Shown piece by piece: positions 12,451 through 26,041 of a stretch of DNA of 64,000 bases. Every line of letters begins with the position of its first letter. Position 1 is the stretch's first letter. Position numbers and translations under genes: made by a program. Source of the DNA: Octopus sinensis (Eukaryota); assembly GCF_006345805.1 (NCBI RefSeq), contig NC_042997.1:95790001-95854000 (forward strand). Direction: 5' to 3'. The notes under the pieces are model-generated. The model was not told the DNA's origin. It did not search any database and saw only the letters and a program-made list of their open reading frames with translations.

Positions 12451-13609
12451 AGCTACTCTCCGAATTTTATCGAAGTGAGTTGCAACAAATACTGAATGAA
12501 AAGAACTGTTTACAATAATTTTATATCTTTATCGTTTAAATTTAATGTTTCAAGAAATATTAAGGCTAAATTTGCATTTATTTCAAAAACTAAAACAGTC
12601 ATAAAATGATTTTCAAGATAAATAACGTTGAACTATTTTTTGGTTGTTAAATTTTAGCAACTGAAGAGTTCAAGATCTGATATATAAATATATATATATT
12701 TTTTTTTTTTTTATATTTAAGTTAGAAAAAATATTAAGACTTTAATACCAAGTCGTTACAAAGATATTATAGAACCTTGTTTTCCTGCGCTTCAGATTTT
12801 ATTTACAATTATTTGTGCACCAGCGGATAGACAGCTCAGCAATTAAGTAAAATACGTTTCTGGTGTCTACAGTTCTTCTCCTGAGCAAAAAATTACAAAA
12901 CTAATATAGAAAATCTCCTGTAGAACTCACAGAGTACATATTCTACATGATCATTTTTGACATATTCATTGACTTACGAAACAGTTGTGTAGTGAATTTA
13001 TTAAACCCTTTAACGATTTTATTCATCTCATCAGCTCTAAAAAAAGCATAAAACTATAAAACTCGAGTCGTATATCTTCTGCGCTTGTATCAAAGTTACT
13101 CTTACTTTCTTTAGTTTATTACAAACAGTTTCACTTTTGATTTTCCTGCATTAGTATTTGTCAGGTAAGACATCTTATGGGAGCCTATCAGGAATGAAAA
13201 CTCAGCGAGCAAATTTTCTTCTGCTGAAATTAAAATGAAGATAGATTTAAGTTCTAAATTTGCATATGCGACATGGCAAAGAACGCCGAATTATGTGTGA
13301 ACAAACTCTAACCAATCACTTTATTAATAAAAAGGAGGGATTTTGAATAATAATTTTGGGAAGTAATTGGCTGTTAGATGTGTTTGTGGACCCCTGGTCA
13401 AGGTGCATTATTATTTCTAAAACATCATAGAATTTGATAAATAGATATATTCGACAACAGAAGGAAAGTATACGTAAGTTCCATGAATAAAAAAAATATT
13501 TATAAAACAATACATTTCATACTTTTGATAGCCAGAACTGTCAACTTCTTTCTCATAATACCCATAATCATTAAGCAATAAACATTTTCCATTTTTATCA
13601 TGAAATATT

Positions 13610-13800
13610 AATATTGGCTTCAAATTTTGGCACAAGACCAGCAACGTACTGGGAGTGAATGAGTAGATTGCATCACCTCCAGTGATCGAGTGGTGATTAT
13701 TTAAGTAAACCTCGGTGGAATTTGAACTCAGAATGTAAAGACGAAATCCCATTAGACATTATGCCCAGTGAACTAACACTTCTGCCAGCTCACCACTTCG
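13610..13800 (-). mobile_element. SINE family B
   Basis: TTCAAATTTTGGCACAAGACCAGC...GGAATTTGAACTCAG...GCCAGCTCACC. Confidence 0.65.
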
Positions 13801-14421
13801 CAAAGAATCACTCTTAATAGGGAGTAACATTAATAATTCTTTACTCGTTATAAAATATATTATCATGACGATGAATAGCTAATTTTCTTGAATCGGTTTT
13901 GCTTCCGTTAATTTTAATTATTCTAAATGATACTCAAAATCAAAATACATAAGTATGGCGGTATTTCAGAGAGAAAATAGAGAGAAAAATTTTAAAGATC
14001 CTTCGATAATTAATTAAGAAGAAATATGTCAGAATGAGTAGCATGTTTACTTGCAAATTTAAGGCGTGAAAAATGCCAATAATTTTTATTTTATTTTTAA
14101 TTTTATGTACCCAACTTTTGTAATAGCTAACATTTCTAACAACGTTCTTAAATTTTAAAATAAGTCCTTATTCAGAATAATTTTTGTAAGTAACTCAAAA
14201 TAAAGTTGCTTAGGGTTATATTCGGTTAATTGAACATATAAAAAATAGTGCATTGTCTTGGGATCTCAATTTGTTGGATTACATTTTGATATATAACCAC
14301 TTAAATCTTCTTAAATCTGTGCTCAACCGAAAAAAAATAGTCGACAGTAAGAAATTGCTACATTAAGATCGAATACCATTTTGCGATTTATTCGACTTTC
14401 TCATCACTCTACTGTCTGAAC

Positions 14422-14708
14422 CAAAGTTTTGACATGGATGTGTGGTAAGAAACTTGCTTCTCAACCACATGTTTCCGGGTTCAGTCCCACTGCATGGCAC
14501 CTTGGGCAAGTGTTTTCTAATATAGCCTCGGGTCAACCAAAGCATTGTGAGTGGATTTAGTAGACAAGCTGTCGTATACATACATACATACATACATACA
14601 TACATACATACATACATACATACATACATACATACATACATACATACATACATACATACATACATACATACATACATACATACATACATACATACATACA
14701 TACATACA

Positions 14709-14740
<32 letters not shown>

Positions 14741-14910
14741 CGTATATATTTGTGTGTCTGTGTTTGTCCTTCGACGTCGGTGTGTTTAAATCCCCGTAAC
14801 TTAGCAGTTCTGCAAAAGTGACCGATAGAATAAGCACTATGCTTAGAAAGTCCTGAGGTCGATAGCATGGCCGCAGTCAAATGACTGAAGCAAATAAAAT
14901 AATAAAAGAA
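14422..14910 (+). mobile_element. Full SINE family C (CORE-like) with internal (TACA)n
   Basis: GTGTGGTAAG A box, GGTTCAGTCCC B box, CCTTGGGCAAGTG, ~40 TACA units at 14576-14738, family tail. Confidence 0.8.
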
Positions 14911-15354
14911 CATCTAGTCTCGAAATTTTCAGACGAATAGACATAGACGAATAATACTTATTTTAATGAAGACAACTAATTCATTCATAGAATAATTCAA
15001 ACAAGTTTATTCACAAATCTGATTAAGAAGTTTACTCCATTGATACGGTTCAATTGTACTGCACATATCTTCTACTTGACGAGAATTTGAGAGCTATAGC
15101 ACAAGCGCTTTGGGTTTTAATATTTCGCTTAGGTATTACAATATTAATAACCTAGTGAACTCAATATGAATATGCATCTGCATGTTTGAAGCCCTGATGA
15201 AACTGTAAGGAGTTCCTCAGGCACTCATCTACGAAACCACCACATCTCATAGTGAAATCAGCTGTAAGCTAATGAAGCTCATAAGATACTCATCTATTCT
15301 TTTGTCTACTCTTTTTCATATATAGGTGTGTGTGTGTGTGTATAATTTTTACTT

Positions 15355-15565
15355 CCTTCAGCCATTACACTGCTCGGGTACTGCATTACATGTTGGGGTA
15401 CTGCATTGTGGGATTTTCGTCGAATTGACCCTAATTTTCATTATTTTAAGCCTGGTATGTATCCATGCATTCTATCGGTTACTTTTACTGAACGAATAAG
15501 TTATGGCGATGTACAGAGACCAACACTGGTCGTCAAGCGGTGGTGGAGAACAAAGAGAGACACAT
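15355..15565 (-). mobile_element. SINE family C 3' part
   Basis: Reverse complement of the family tail. Confidence 0.55.
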
Positions 15566-15709
15566 ACATTATAACATCATAGGCTAATTACAAACCGTAA
15601 AATCCACACGCTTTAATGGGACTTTAATGTCAAACTAATTCAATAAAGGAATTAGACATATACGAATAATATATAATTTACTGAAGGCAGCCAATTCATT
15701 ACACGCTGG

Positions 15710-15776
<67 letters not shown>

Positions 15777-15789
15777 ATATATATATTAT

Positions 15790-15991
15790 ATGTTCATAAT
15801 GCAACCACATCTGAATCGTTGGCGAGTTTCTTCCTCCGAATTCCCTTCTATTGGACTTTCCTCTGTTTCCGAAGAAGGGTCTGTGCTTGAAACGTTAAAC
15901 CATCTTTCTTTCCTTCCTTGAGCGTCTTCTAATACTTTACATGTACCAAGTGATCACGTTGATTTTTTTTGTCTTTGTTCGTCTCTTTTGG

Positions 15992-15998
<7 letters not shown>
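15790..15998 (+). mobile_element. Solo PLE pLTR fragment in (TA)n
   Basis: Hammerhead-like fold plus downstream TTCCTTGAGCG..TAATAC motif shared with 2780-2805 and 41900-41925; (TA)n on both sides. Confidence 0.6.
15865..15900 (+). ncRNA. Degenerate minimal hammerhead-like motif (U4C, wobble-rich stem II)
   Basis: GTTT/AAAC stem I; CCGAAGA; A; GGGT-ctgt-GCTT; GAAA; ACGT; H17=U. Confidence 0.45.
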
Positions 15999-16069
<71 letters not shown>

Positions 16070-16365
16070 CAAAAGTCGAGGTCACATCACGTAACATTGC
16101 AACACAGTTTCTTCACTGCAAATGGTCTTGCATTTTTCCCGAAAGAAATTAAAGTAAAAAAAGACCCCAAAACTTTCAAACGGTACCTGGAGAAATTTCT
16201 CCAGGAAATACCGGATAAACCACCTACATACCTCTCAACCAACAACAACAACTCTCTACTTGAGTGGTCCATGGTGAACCGAAATAATAAACTGAAAGAC
16301 TGTTCCAGGTGGTGCCATTGAGTTAGCCATGGTCTGGGCCGATAATGGTCGAAACCAATCTAAGT
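16070..16365 (+). mobile_element. CR1/L2-group LINE 3' end
   Basis: TLQHSFF...PKEIK..KDPKTFKRYLEKFLQEIPDKP...NSLLEW then tail CAGGTGGTGCC...GGTCGAAACCAATCTAAG. Confidence 0.7.
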
Positions 16366-16389
16366 TTTATATATATATATATATATATA

Positions 16390-16830
16390 TATCTTAAGAA
16401 CTTTCCGGTCCAGAGAACAAGGTGTCATCATACCACTTTTTTCCTCCTTTGTACAGCCACACCTTGAATACTGCTGCTCACAACATACATGTACACTGCA
16501 ACATAATTTCTTTTCCTCAACAGGCCCTGCCCTATTTAATATTGTCTCGAGGGAGATCAAAGAGGAAAAGGATCCTATCAACTTTAAACGGAGTCTGGAT
16601 AGATTCCTTCAAAGAATACCAGATAAGCCACCCATAATTAGATACAACTCACCCAACAAGAACTCACTACTTGAACAAAACTTGATACAACACACCCAAC
16701 AAGAACTCACTACTTGAACAAAACTTGACTTAAACAGGATTCGAATAATCCTATCAGGTGGTGCTATTAAGTTAGACATGGCGTGGACCAATCTTTGGTC
16801 GAAACATATCTAAGTTTATCTAAGTTTATA
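16390..16830 (+). mobile_element. CR1/L2-group LINE 3' end, internally deleted
   Basis: LRTFRSREQGVIIPLFSSFVQPHLEYCCS fused to QHNFFSSTGPALFNIV...DRFLQRIPDKP; same tail as the 16070 copy; 43-bp tandem duplication 16641-16726. Confidence 0.7.
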
Positions 16831-16929
16831 TATATTGCCCTGCTCGCTTAGCCAGCGGGGTGGCATCATTTGAAGGCTAAAACAATACGAAGCACATTGT
16901 GACCAGCGATGTGTAGCAGCGGTTTTTTA

Positions 16930-17649
16930 TTCTTTTTTCATTACAAGGTTTTTATGGACCAGGCCCTGGAAATTCATTATGGAAAACATATGGCACCGCT
17001 CAACGCACCATGTAATGAAATTGTTCTAACAAATTCAAGGGTCAGTTATTCAAACCCAGAGAGCACCAAAGATAATTGCAGTCCATAAAGTGTAGAGTGT
17101 GGTGTGCAATTATGGTGGATGAGATAATCGGGCCATATTTCTTTGAGGACGATGAAGGGAATGCTGTTACTGTGAATGGTGAGGGGTACAGGTCCATGAT
17201 CCAGAACTTTTGGAGCCCGGCCATTCAATATATGTCATAGGTGGTTCCAACAAGATGAGGTAACTGGTTATACCGCAAGAGATGAGGCAATATTTTGTTG
17301 AAAGAATTATCTCTCGCTACTGCGATGTCAACTGGCCATCGCGTTCCCTAGACTTGACCAGCCCTGACTTGTGGGGAGACTTGGTGTAATTGAGGGAAAT
17401 ATCACTAGAGAAATCAGGGAACTGGACCCTGATTACAGCTGTCACAGAACATATTTTGTGAAGCTGAAAATGAACGCTATTTAAAAGGTGTCATAATTGA
17501 TACGTAATGCAGAGGTATGATGAAAAAAGACTAATGGAAACTAATTTCCAATATCCCCTCCATATTGAATTAAAATTTCATATATCTATTTGTAAAAATA
17601 AGGGAGTTATTAAAAATTAAAACTCTTCAGAGACTTTTGGACCACCATG
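16930..17649 (+). mobile_element. Tc1/mariner remnant (maT/DD37D-like)
   Basis: CRVWCAI...IIGPYFFEDDEGNAVTVNGEGY and WPSRSLDLT-like motifs; end GACTTTTGGACCACCATG followed by TA. Confidence 0.65.
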
Positions 17650-17678
17650 TATGTATATATAATTATACATATATATAA

Positions 17679-17731
<53 letters not shown>

Positions 17732-18776
17732 TTCATGGCGAGGGAGAATACTTTCACTCAATAAAAATGTGAGCTATAATATTCATACATTTTAAATACA
17801 CTAAATTTAGGGTAACCACATCAATGTGTTAATGTAGGATAAATTATTATGTAACAATAACATATTTAAGCATATGCGATTTTTTATTTTCTCCTTTTCT
17901 CTATGTTCAGCACTGCTCTGTGCTCGAAAGTATTTCATATCTTTGCTGCGTTAAGTGGATCGGGGAAAAAATTGTCACTGAATGGTGTCACAATGTACAG
18001 CATGAACTTTTCCCCTATAACATGAGTGCATTTCAACAAAGATAGCAAGCACAATAATCGTCACATTTTCAGTGTTTTTTTTCCGGAGCATACACAGATA
18101 CTTCGTATGAGATTAAAAAAAAAACCTTTTATTGATAGTGTCAAACCATAACATAGTGCACGAGAGATTTTTTATCTCCTTTCGTGATCAATTACCAACA
18201 TAAATTTGACAACCCAATAAAGTCTTTCGCGAATTTAAGTATCTCATAATGAGTATGAACATGACTCTCTAACGATGTAAAATTTGCCTATTTATATTAT
18301 GTGGAAGTATAAAAATATGAAGAATTTAACGCTTCAGAGAGCCGTTAAATATGCTCATCTAGTTAGATTTATGCTAATATTTCCATGATTAAGATATTAT
18401 AGCGTAGATGCCTCATTTCTATATTTCGCTACTTTATTTCTGGTACATTGGTTATATCGAAAGCTATAAACTGACCATTATTTCCAGTACACGCGCGATT
18501 TTTTTTTTTTTTTTTGCGAATGGAGCGGAGCCTTCGAGCAAACACATTTATCTTTACGCATACGAAAGGTAGAATACCTTTCTACGCATGTAGCAGTATA
18601 TATATGCATCACATCCTGAATACGAAAAAGAAAAAGGAGAGGGGGAAAGGAGGAGAGACAGTCAGATAAACAGAGCGCGAGTGACAAAAATGTTGAGAGC
18701 CTGAAAGGAAAACACCTTTATTGTAATTTAGATAATGCAAACCACCCTGTTTGTTAGAGGATATCAGCTAGCTAGT

Positions 18777-18833
<57 letters not shown>

Positions 18834-18899
18834 GATGATGATGATGATGATGATGATGATAACAATAATAATATTATTATGTTTATTATTATTATTATT

Positions 18900-18948
<49 letters not shown>

Positions 18949-18969
18949 TAATAATAATAATAATAATAA

Positions 18970-19000
<31 letters not shown>

Positions 19001-19028
19001 AAGAAGAAGAAGAAGAAGAAGAAGAAAA
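18777..19028. repeat. Compound microsatellite (GATA)n-(GAT)n-(TAA)n-(GAA)n
   Basis: Direct reading. Confidence 0.95.
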
Positions 19029-19029
19029 G

Positions 19030-20272
19030 AGGGAGGTCGTTGTCTTTTGCAACTGGCAATAACAATGAAGATTGCTACAATTGGCCTAGACACCTACCTG
19101 AAAAACTCTGAGGACTGGATGTTAAAACTTGTCTCAAAACATGAAAACAAGAAAGCATCATACTCAGTCACAAAACAGGCAAAGGAATATCTAAGTGAAT
19201 TCCGAATACAACCAATTTCGGAATTAGAGATAGACATACAAGAAACAAGCACAGAAAAAGCTAGGCGCATGAAAACCCGTGCCAAAACTGCGGCCTTAGA
19301 TATTCTGAATAATAAATGGCAAGAAAAACCTCTCTATGGCAAATACCTAAAGAGAGCGAATAATGCAGATATCGACCCATCAATGGCCAATGGCCTCTGG
19401 CTTAAAATCTGAAACAGAGGGGTTTATCATAGCAGCTCAAGATCAATGCCTACCAACAAGAAACTACCAGGCCAACATATTAAAGAACGGCAGTAGCCCA
19501 ACATGTAGTGTATGCCGACAACAAAATGAAACCATTGACCATGTTGTCTCCAAATGCAGTCTTCTAGCGCCTACAGAGTACCTCAGTAGGCATGATAGAG
19601 TAGCACAATATATTCACTGGGTAATTTGCAAAAACCTGGATTTGCCCCATGAAAAAAACTGGTGGGAACACAATCCACCTCCTGTGCTTGAAAATGACCA
19701 CATCTCACTCCTCTGGAACTTCACCATTCAAACTGACAGGAAGATAGATGCAAATAGGCCAGACATCACATTGAAAGACTTCAGACAAAGAACATACCTC
19801 CTCATTGATATGACTGTCCCAATCGATATAAACGTATCTGTCAAGACCTACCAAAAACTGAGCAAATATAAAGATCTTGAAATAGAAATCAGCAAAATGT
19901 GGAAGCTGAAGACTAAAACAATACCTGTTGTCATAGGTGCCCTGGGAATGATAGCAAAAGGGGCTGATTGCTACATTACTCAGATGCCAGGAAACCCAAA
20001 AATGGCAGAAATTCAAAAGATAGTGCTCAAGGGAACTGCTCATATCCTACGCAAAATACTCTCTATGTAATCCCAAGGTTTAAAACAAACTTTTTTTTTT
20101 ATTTGTTTTTTATTTTTATGTATTAGACATTCTCTAGTACAACACAAAAAAAAAGGGCGAGGAAAAAAAAAACAAATATATGGCACAGAACTTCTAACCT
20201 GTTGTCTCTTGAGGTCTCTGGGTGAGACTTGGAGCCAACTTGTACAGACATAAAGCAAAAGTCAAACATAGA
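19030..20272 (+). mobile_element. R4/Dong-clade LINE, 5'-truncated
   Basis: GLKSETEGFIIAAQDQ, CCHC knuckle CSVC..ETIDHVVSKC, REL nuclease RPDI...LLID..V, GALG; ORF ends at 20070; (TAA)n follows. Confidence 0.85.
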
Positions 20273-20296
20273 ATAATAATAATAATAATAATAATA

Positions 20297-20334
<38 letters not shown>

Positions 20335-20337
<3 letters not shown>

Positions 20338-20875
20338 GGCACTACTAAGCACCACACACATCCTACGTAAAACACTCTCAATACAGTAAAAATAAGAGCT
20401 TCACAACAAATCACACCACATACCCAAGGCACACAGAGCTGCGCTCGGTAGTGCAGTGGGAGCACATGATACACATAAGAGTACTGAATAATAATAACAA
20501 CAACAACAACTACAACAACAGCAATAATAATAATAATAATAATAATAAATAAGGACAAAGTTGTCAGAGATCATCAAGAAAACTTGCTTTCTTATCGATA
20601 CCAACAGATGACAATGTTTCTCTAAAACAAGCGGAGAAACTTTCAAACTGCAAAGATATGGAAATAGAGATGACTAGAATGTGGAGTCTAAAACCATAAA
20701 CAATTCCTATCATAGTAGGCGCACACAGCACTACTAGGCACTGGACATGTACTACGTAAAACACTTTCAATCCAGTAAAATTAAGAGCATTACAACAAAC
20801 CACTATACATACCCAAGACACACAGAGCTGCGCTTGGTAGTGTAGACAAAGCACGGGATAAACATAAGACTACTC

Positions 20876-20878
<3 letters not shown>
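20335..20878 (+). mobile_element. Two short R4/Dong 3'-end fragments separated by (TAA)n
   Basis: HILRKTLS end and CACAGAGCTGCGCT(C/T)GGTAGTG 3'UTR motif at ~20433 and ~20822. Confidence 0.75.
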
Positions 20879-20927
<49 letters not shown>

Positions 20928-20931
<4 letters not shown>

Positions 20932-22367
20932 GGAATCCATGAACTAGATAAGACACAACACACACAAATGAAAGAGAAAATAAAAAAATTATATTATAGA
21001 CGAGTTAGATCAATACTAAAAACAGAGCTCAATGCTAAAAACAAGATAATAGGTATCAACACTTTAGCTGTCCCAGTTATAAGTTACAGCTACAATATCC
21101 TTAACTGGACACGAAATGAACTGACCAAAGATAGGAAAACAAGAAAAATAATGACAGGATCTAGGATGCATCACCTAAAATCTGACATAGAAAGACATAT
21201 ATACAACGTATAGAAGGTGGTAGGGCCTTATACAGCTGGAAAACTACTATAAAATAACCACCATAGGACTGCAAAAATATCTACTTCAGAAGGAAGGAAA
21301 ACTGATACAAATAGCGGCAAAACACGAGTAAAACAAAAAAACTGTTCTCAGTATTTAAGGAAGCTGACAAATACAAACAAGAAATCATACCACCTAATAA
21401 ATATGAAAAAGAAAAAGAAGAAGATGAAGAAACAACAAAAGCTATAAAACAAATGAAATCCAAACTAAGAATAGAACAGCAACGAACCATGATAAAACGA
21501 TGGCAAGAAAAGCCCCTTCATGGTAAATACTGGACTAAACTAAACGCAAAAGAAATAGACAAAGAAAAATCCCAGCAATGATTGAGAAGCTCAGGACTCA
21601 AAGCAGAAACAGAGGGATTTTTAATTGCAGCACAAGACCAAAACCTCCCCACCAGAAATTACCAAAAACATGTAATGAAAAGAAATATTACAAGTAACTG
21701 CAGAATATGTGGAGATGGACAAGAAACAATAAATCATATTATCTCTAGCTGCCCAGTCCTGGCTAAGAAGGATATATTCACAGACATGACAGAGTTGGAA
21801 CCTACATACATTGGAAGCTATGCCAACATTATAGAATAACAACAGAAAAAATATGGTATAGGCACACACCAGAAAAGGTCACAGAAAACGAGAAAGCAAC
21901 CATACTCTGGGATATGCCGATACACACAGATAGAGAAATTAAGGCCAACAGACCAGATATAGTTGTCAGAGATCATGAAGAAAAAAATGCTTTCTATTGA
22001 TGTATCAATACCGGCAGATGACAACGTGTCTCTAAAAGAAATGGAGAAACTCTCAAAATACAAAGACCTGGAAATAGAGGTAACTAGAATGTGGAATCTG
22101 AAAACAGAAACAATTCCTATCATAGTAGGTGCATTAGGCATGATAAAAAAATATTCAGACAAATACATAACAAAAACACCAGGACTTACAAACATATATA
22201 ACATACAGAAAATTGCACTACTAGGCACTGCACACATCCTACGAAGAACACTTCCCATACAATAACCATCAGAGCATCACAACAAATCACCAGCACATAC
22301 CCAAAGCACACAGAGCTGCGCTCGGTAGTGAAGTGAAAGCACACTATAAAAATAAAACTACTGAACA
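20928..22367 (+). mobile_element. R4/Dong-clade LINE, 5'-truncated and frameshifted
   Basis: RT thumb (NKIIGINTLAVPV), GLKAETEG, CRICGDGQETINHIISSC, RPDI, GALG; same 3'UTR motif at ~22311. Confidence 0.85.
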
Positions 22368-22436
22368 ATAATAATAATAATAATAAAAATAATAATAATC
22401 ATAATAATAATAATGATGATGATGATGATGATGATG

Positions 22437-22492
<56 letters not shown>

Positions 22493-22517
22493 TAATAATA
22501 ATGATAATAATAATATC

Positions 22518-22970
22518 ATGTACATTGTTTTGTCTTGGTATAAAAGATGGGCTACAGCAAATATTCTGCTCAATACAACAGATTGCTTGTCAGTTGTTTG
22601 ACCTTAACCAGTTGAGCATGTCCCTTAGTGGCTGACGATATGTGCATCTCTGATCACAAGCAGAAGTAGTGGGGGAGCATCATAGCTATGTGTTGAGGGG
22701 GATTCTTTGTGGTTTGAATAATTCCCCGCTGGAAACATGGATGTTTCGTTCAACATCATTAAGCAACCCTTATTCAGGGACCTTTTGAGCAGGATGGGTT
22801 ACTCTACCAGAAGAAAATTCTAACTGGGCCCCACCTGCAAGGTCATGTGCTTTTTATCTTGATATGAGATCACCATGTCGCGCACACATGGTTGTGATGC
22901 ATGTGCCTTGTGTACTCTTATCAGACGGGAAGTCATGATGGGTATACTGGGCTTCCTATACTCTCACTCA
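22518..22970. mobile_element. Non-coding insert between (TAA)n arrays, probably an interspersed repeat
   Basis: GC-richer 450-bp block with sharp boundaries into TAA tracts; no ORF. Confidence 0.4.
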
Positions 22971-23000
22971 ATAATAATAATAGTAATAATAATAATAATA

Positions 23001-23042
<42 letters not shown>

Positions 23043-23062
23043 TAATAATAATAATAATAATA

Positions 23063-23103
<41 letters not shown>

Positions 23104-23107
23104 TAAC

Positions 23108-23168
<61 letters not shown>

Positions 23169-23499
23169 TTGAGAAATCTATTGCCATCTGATTTCTCTGT
23201 CTGCCTTATCTTCAACAATCTTATAAATTGTCTTTACATTCTTTCCTTTATCCACTTATTTTCAGTTTCATTCATTCTCAAGGGCTTGCACTGTGCTTTA
23301 TCTTCGCAATCTTTCATCCTACACAAGCCTGAATCGTCTTACTTCCAATAATAGCGTTTCTGTGGCATTTTTTTACATATCATGCTATGTTGCTTTCTTC
23401 TGCTCTTATACTGTGTTCGCATCCAATCAGTCCTCTTCCCCCAACTTTTTCTTGGTACATACAGCCTATTTGCGTCACACTTTAGGTAGAATAACCCAT

Positions 23500-24225
23500 G
23501 TCTAGTCAGCAACTTCCTTGTCTTTCTGTCTAAGCTATTTAGTTCGTCTAGTGTACATGCGATTACCCCTGCTCTGTATCTCTAATCAGTGTTGCCCAAG
23601 AGAAGCATTAAGAACCAATTACACCAAATACAGACTAGACAACACATCAAAAAGTAATAAATGTACGATTTGTGGACAAAATGGTGAAACCGTATGGTAT
23701 ATTACCAATCAATGTACGCCACTAGCCCAGAAAGAATATAAGAGATGTCATGACAACATAGCAAGGATTGTCCATTGAACACTTTGCAACAAGTATGGAC
23801 TTGACACGATAAAAATGTGATACGAACATAAACCCAAAGACATCATCGAAAATGATAATGCAAAGATCCTATAGGATTTTATGATTCATTGTGACCATTA
23901 GATAGAGAATAGGAAACCAGACATAGTGGTAATTGCATCATAGATATAGCATGCCCAGCTGACAATAAGGTATGCGATGAAGAAGACAGAAAAGTTGATA
24001 GATATGACAGGTTAGCTTGGGAGGTTAAGCAGTTGTGGTCGATGAAAAAGGCAGTAGAAGTAGTACCAATAATTGTAGGAGCCCTGAGGACAGTGAGTAA
24101 AAATCTTGAAAAGTACATGGAACAAATAGGGGCTGCAATAATGGTGGAGCACTTGCGGAACACACCGCTATGTTACCTTAGTTCACTGGTAGTAAACAGG
24201 TGACACAGTAGTACATCTCCAACAA
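23500..24225 (+). mobile_element. Divergent R4/Dong-clade LINE remnant
   Basis: EALRTNY..KCTICGQNGETV..LAQKEYKRCHDN, RKPDIVV, VVPIIVGAL; several stops. Confidence 0.75.
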
Positions 24226-24232
24226 CAACAAT

Positions 24233-24274
<42 letters not shown>

Positions 24275-24408
24275 AATAATAATGATAGACAGGTTGCTGC
24301 TCCATTAAAAAAAAGTGTTCTTAAACTGAAATCTATGTCTTTCCCCTCTCTCTCTTTCCCTTTGATTATATATATATATATATATACATACATTCATACA
24401 TACATACA

Positions 24409-24441
<33 letters not shown>

Positions 24442-24499
24442 CCGATTGCAAACCACGCACACATAAGTAGGTATATATGTACATATATATAAGTATGTA

Positions 24500-24562
<63 letters not shown>

Positions 24563-25382
24563 ATATATATATATAGAGAGAGAGAGAGACAGAGACAGAC
24601 AGACAAACAGACAGACAGACTGAGATTGATAAAAGGTTGATAGAATAGAATTGCAGTGACGGAAATTAAACCACACATCTATATACGTGTGTGTTTAGGT
24701 TCATGTGTGTGCATCTTTGTTTTTTCTTTGCAGGGCACATGCATATCAACCGCTTTCAATTATTACACTTAGATCATGTGCTTTTTAATTATTTGAATAA
24801 CCCGAGACCATAAATTGTCCCAACCATTTTGTGTACGTATCAGTCTTACATTTCACTGGTTTGGTTGTTGGTCAATGCTATCCAAAAGGTACCATTTGAG
24901 GCATAAACCTTTATTCCAAGCCGCACTACTAAATAAGAAAAAAATGCTATGTTTTCTTTAACGGTATTTTAATTCAAAGAAAGTAATAATCCATTGAGAT
25001 TATCTACCATTTTGAGTCAGTTGCAATTGCAGGATAGTTGAAATATTTACCATCAATTTCAGCAAAGATGTTTCTACGCGGTAAGAAGTTGCCTCATATA
25101 CTATTTAGTATAGTGTCTTGTTATAGGCCGCTGTGTGGTATTTCTTGTCTTTTATTCATTGGACATTTTGCATTTCATTCTTATATCCAATAGTATGTAG
25201 GTATTATTCAGTATATATATATATATACTCCGTCTTTTGTTTTTATGTAATTTCAACTATATATATATATATTATATATATATATATATATGAATTCGCC
25301 TATAATGGTCCCTTTACATACTGAACACTTGGTGAAACTGATTAATAATTAATTAATTTTACCCTCAATTGTTGAAATATAT

Positions 25383-25416
<34 letters not shown>

Positions 25417-25988
25417 GTTATATATATATATATATATAGTTATATATATACATATATATCTATGTATATATATGTATATGCGTGTATATAATATATATAT
25501 ATATACACATATATATATATAATATATATATACATAAAATATATATACATAAATATGTATAAACATATACATACATACATACATATACATCTGTGGTGCA
25601 CTCGTGTGTATAATGCTATATATAGTACGCTTGAGACAGGAGTGCTCAATACGTTGCAGAGGGTAATTCGTTTTCTTTTTTTGCGTGGGGTAGGACGTAA
25701 CTGAAAGTGACAGTTTCTAGATGAGTATGTTTATATATATATATATATATAAATTTAAATAATAGGGGTGAAAAATTGAATACTAATTTGATTAATATCA
25801 ATTTTAAGCAAGTGGCCTAGCATATTGAAAAATCTGAAGATTCAGAAAAATCACATTACATACATATAATAGGGGGTGACCACTAAGTGGTCAGTTATTA
25901 TGCCAGAGGAAGACCCCATATGTTCTGACAACTAAGAAAAGATTGTTCTGAAGAAAATTCAGCAGACGCCAGAACGTAAGCGAGCAAA

Positions 25989-26041
<53 letters not shown>

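Noticed and set aside
15196-15225. CTGATGA followed by an AACT/AGTT stem
   Set aside because: No GAAA after the stem, so not a hammerhead.
16641-16726. Direct repeats suggesting a CRISPR-like array
   Set aside because: Two adjacent 43-bp copies with no spacers, in a eukaryotic LINE.
16335-16810. GACC/GGTC-GAAAC in the CR1-like tails looks like half a hammerhead
   Set aside because: No CUGANGA-type core upstream in either copy; better read as a LINE 3' stem-loop.
22780-22860. HDV-like ribozyme in the TAA passenger element (ACC-TTGCA-GGT-GGGGCCC on the minus strand)
   Set aside because: P3-like hairpin only; no matching P1 or P2 could be assigned by eye.
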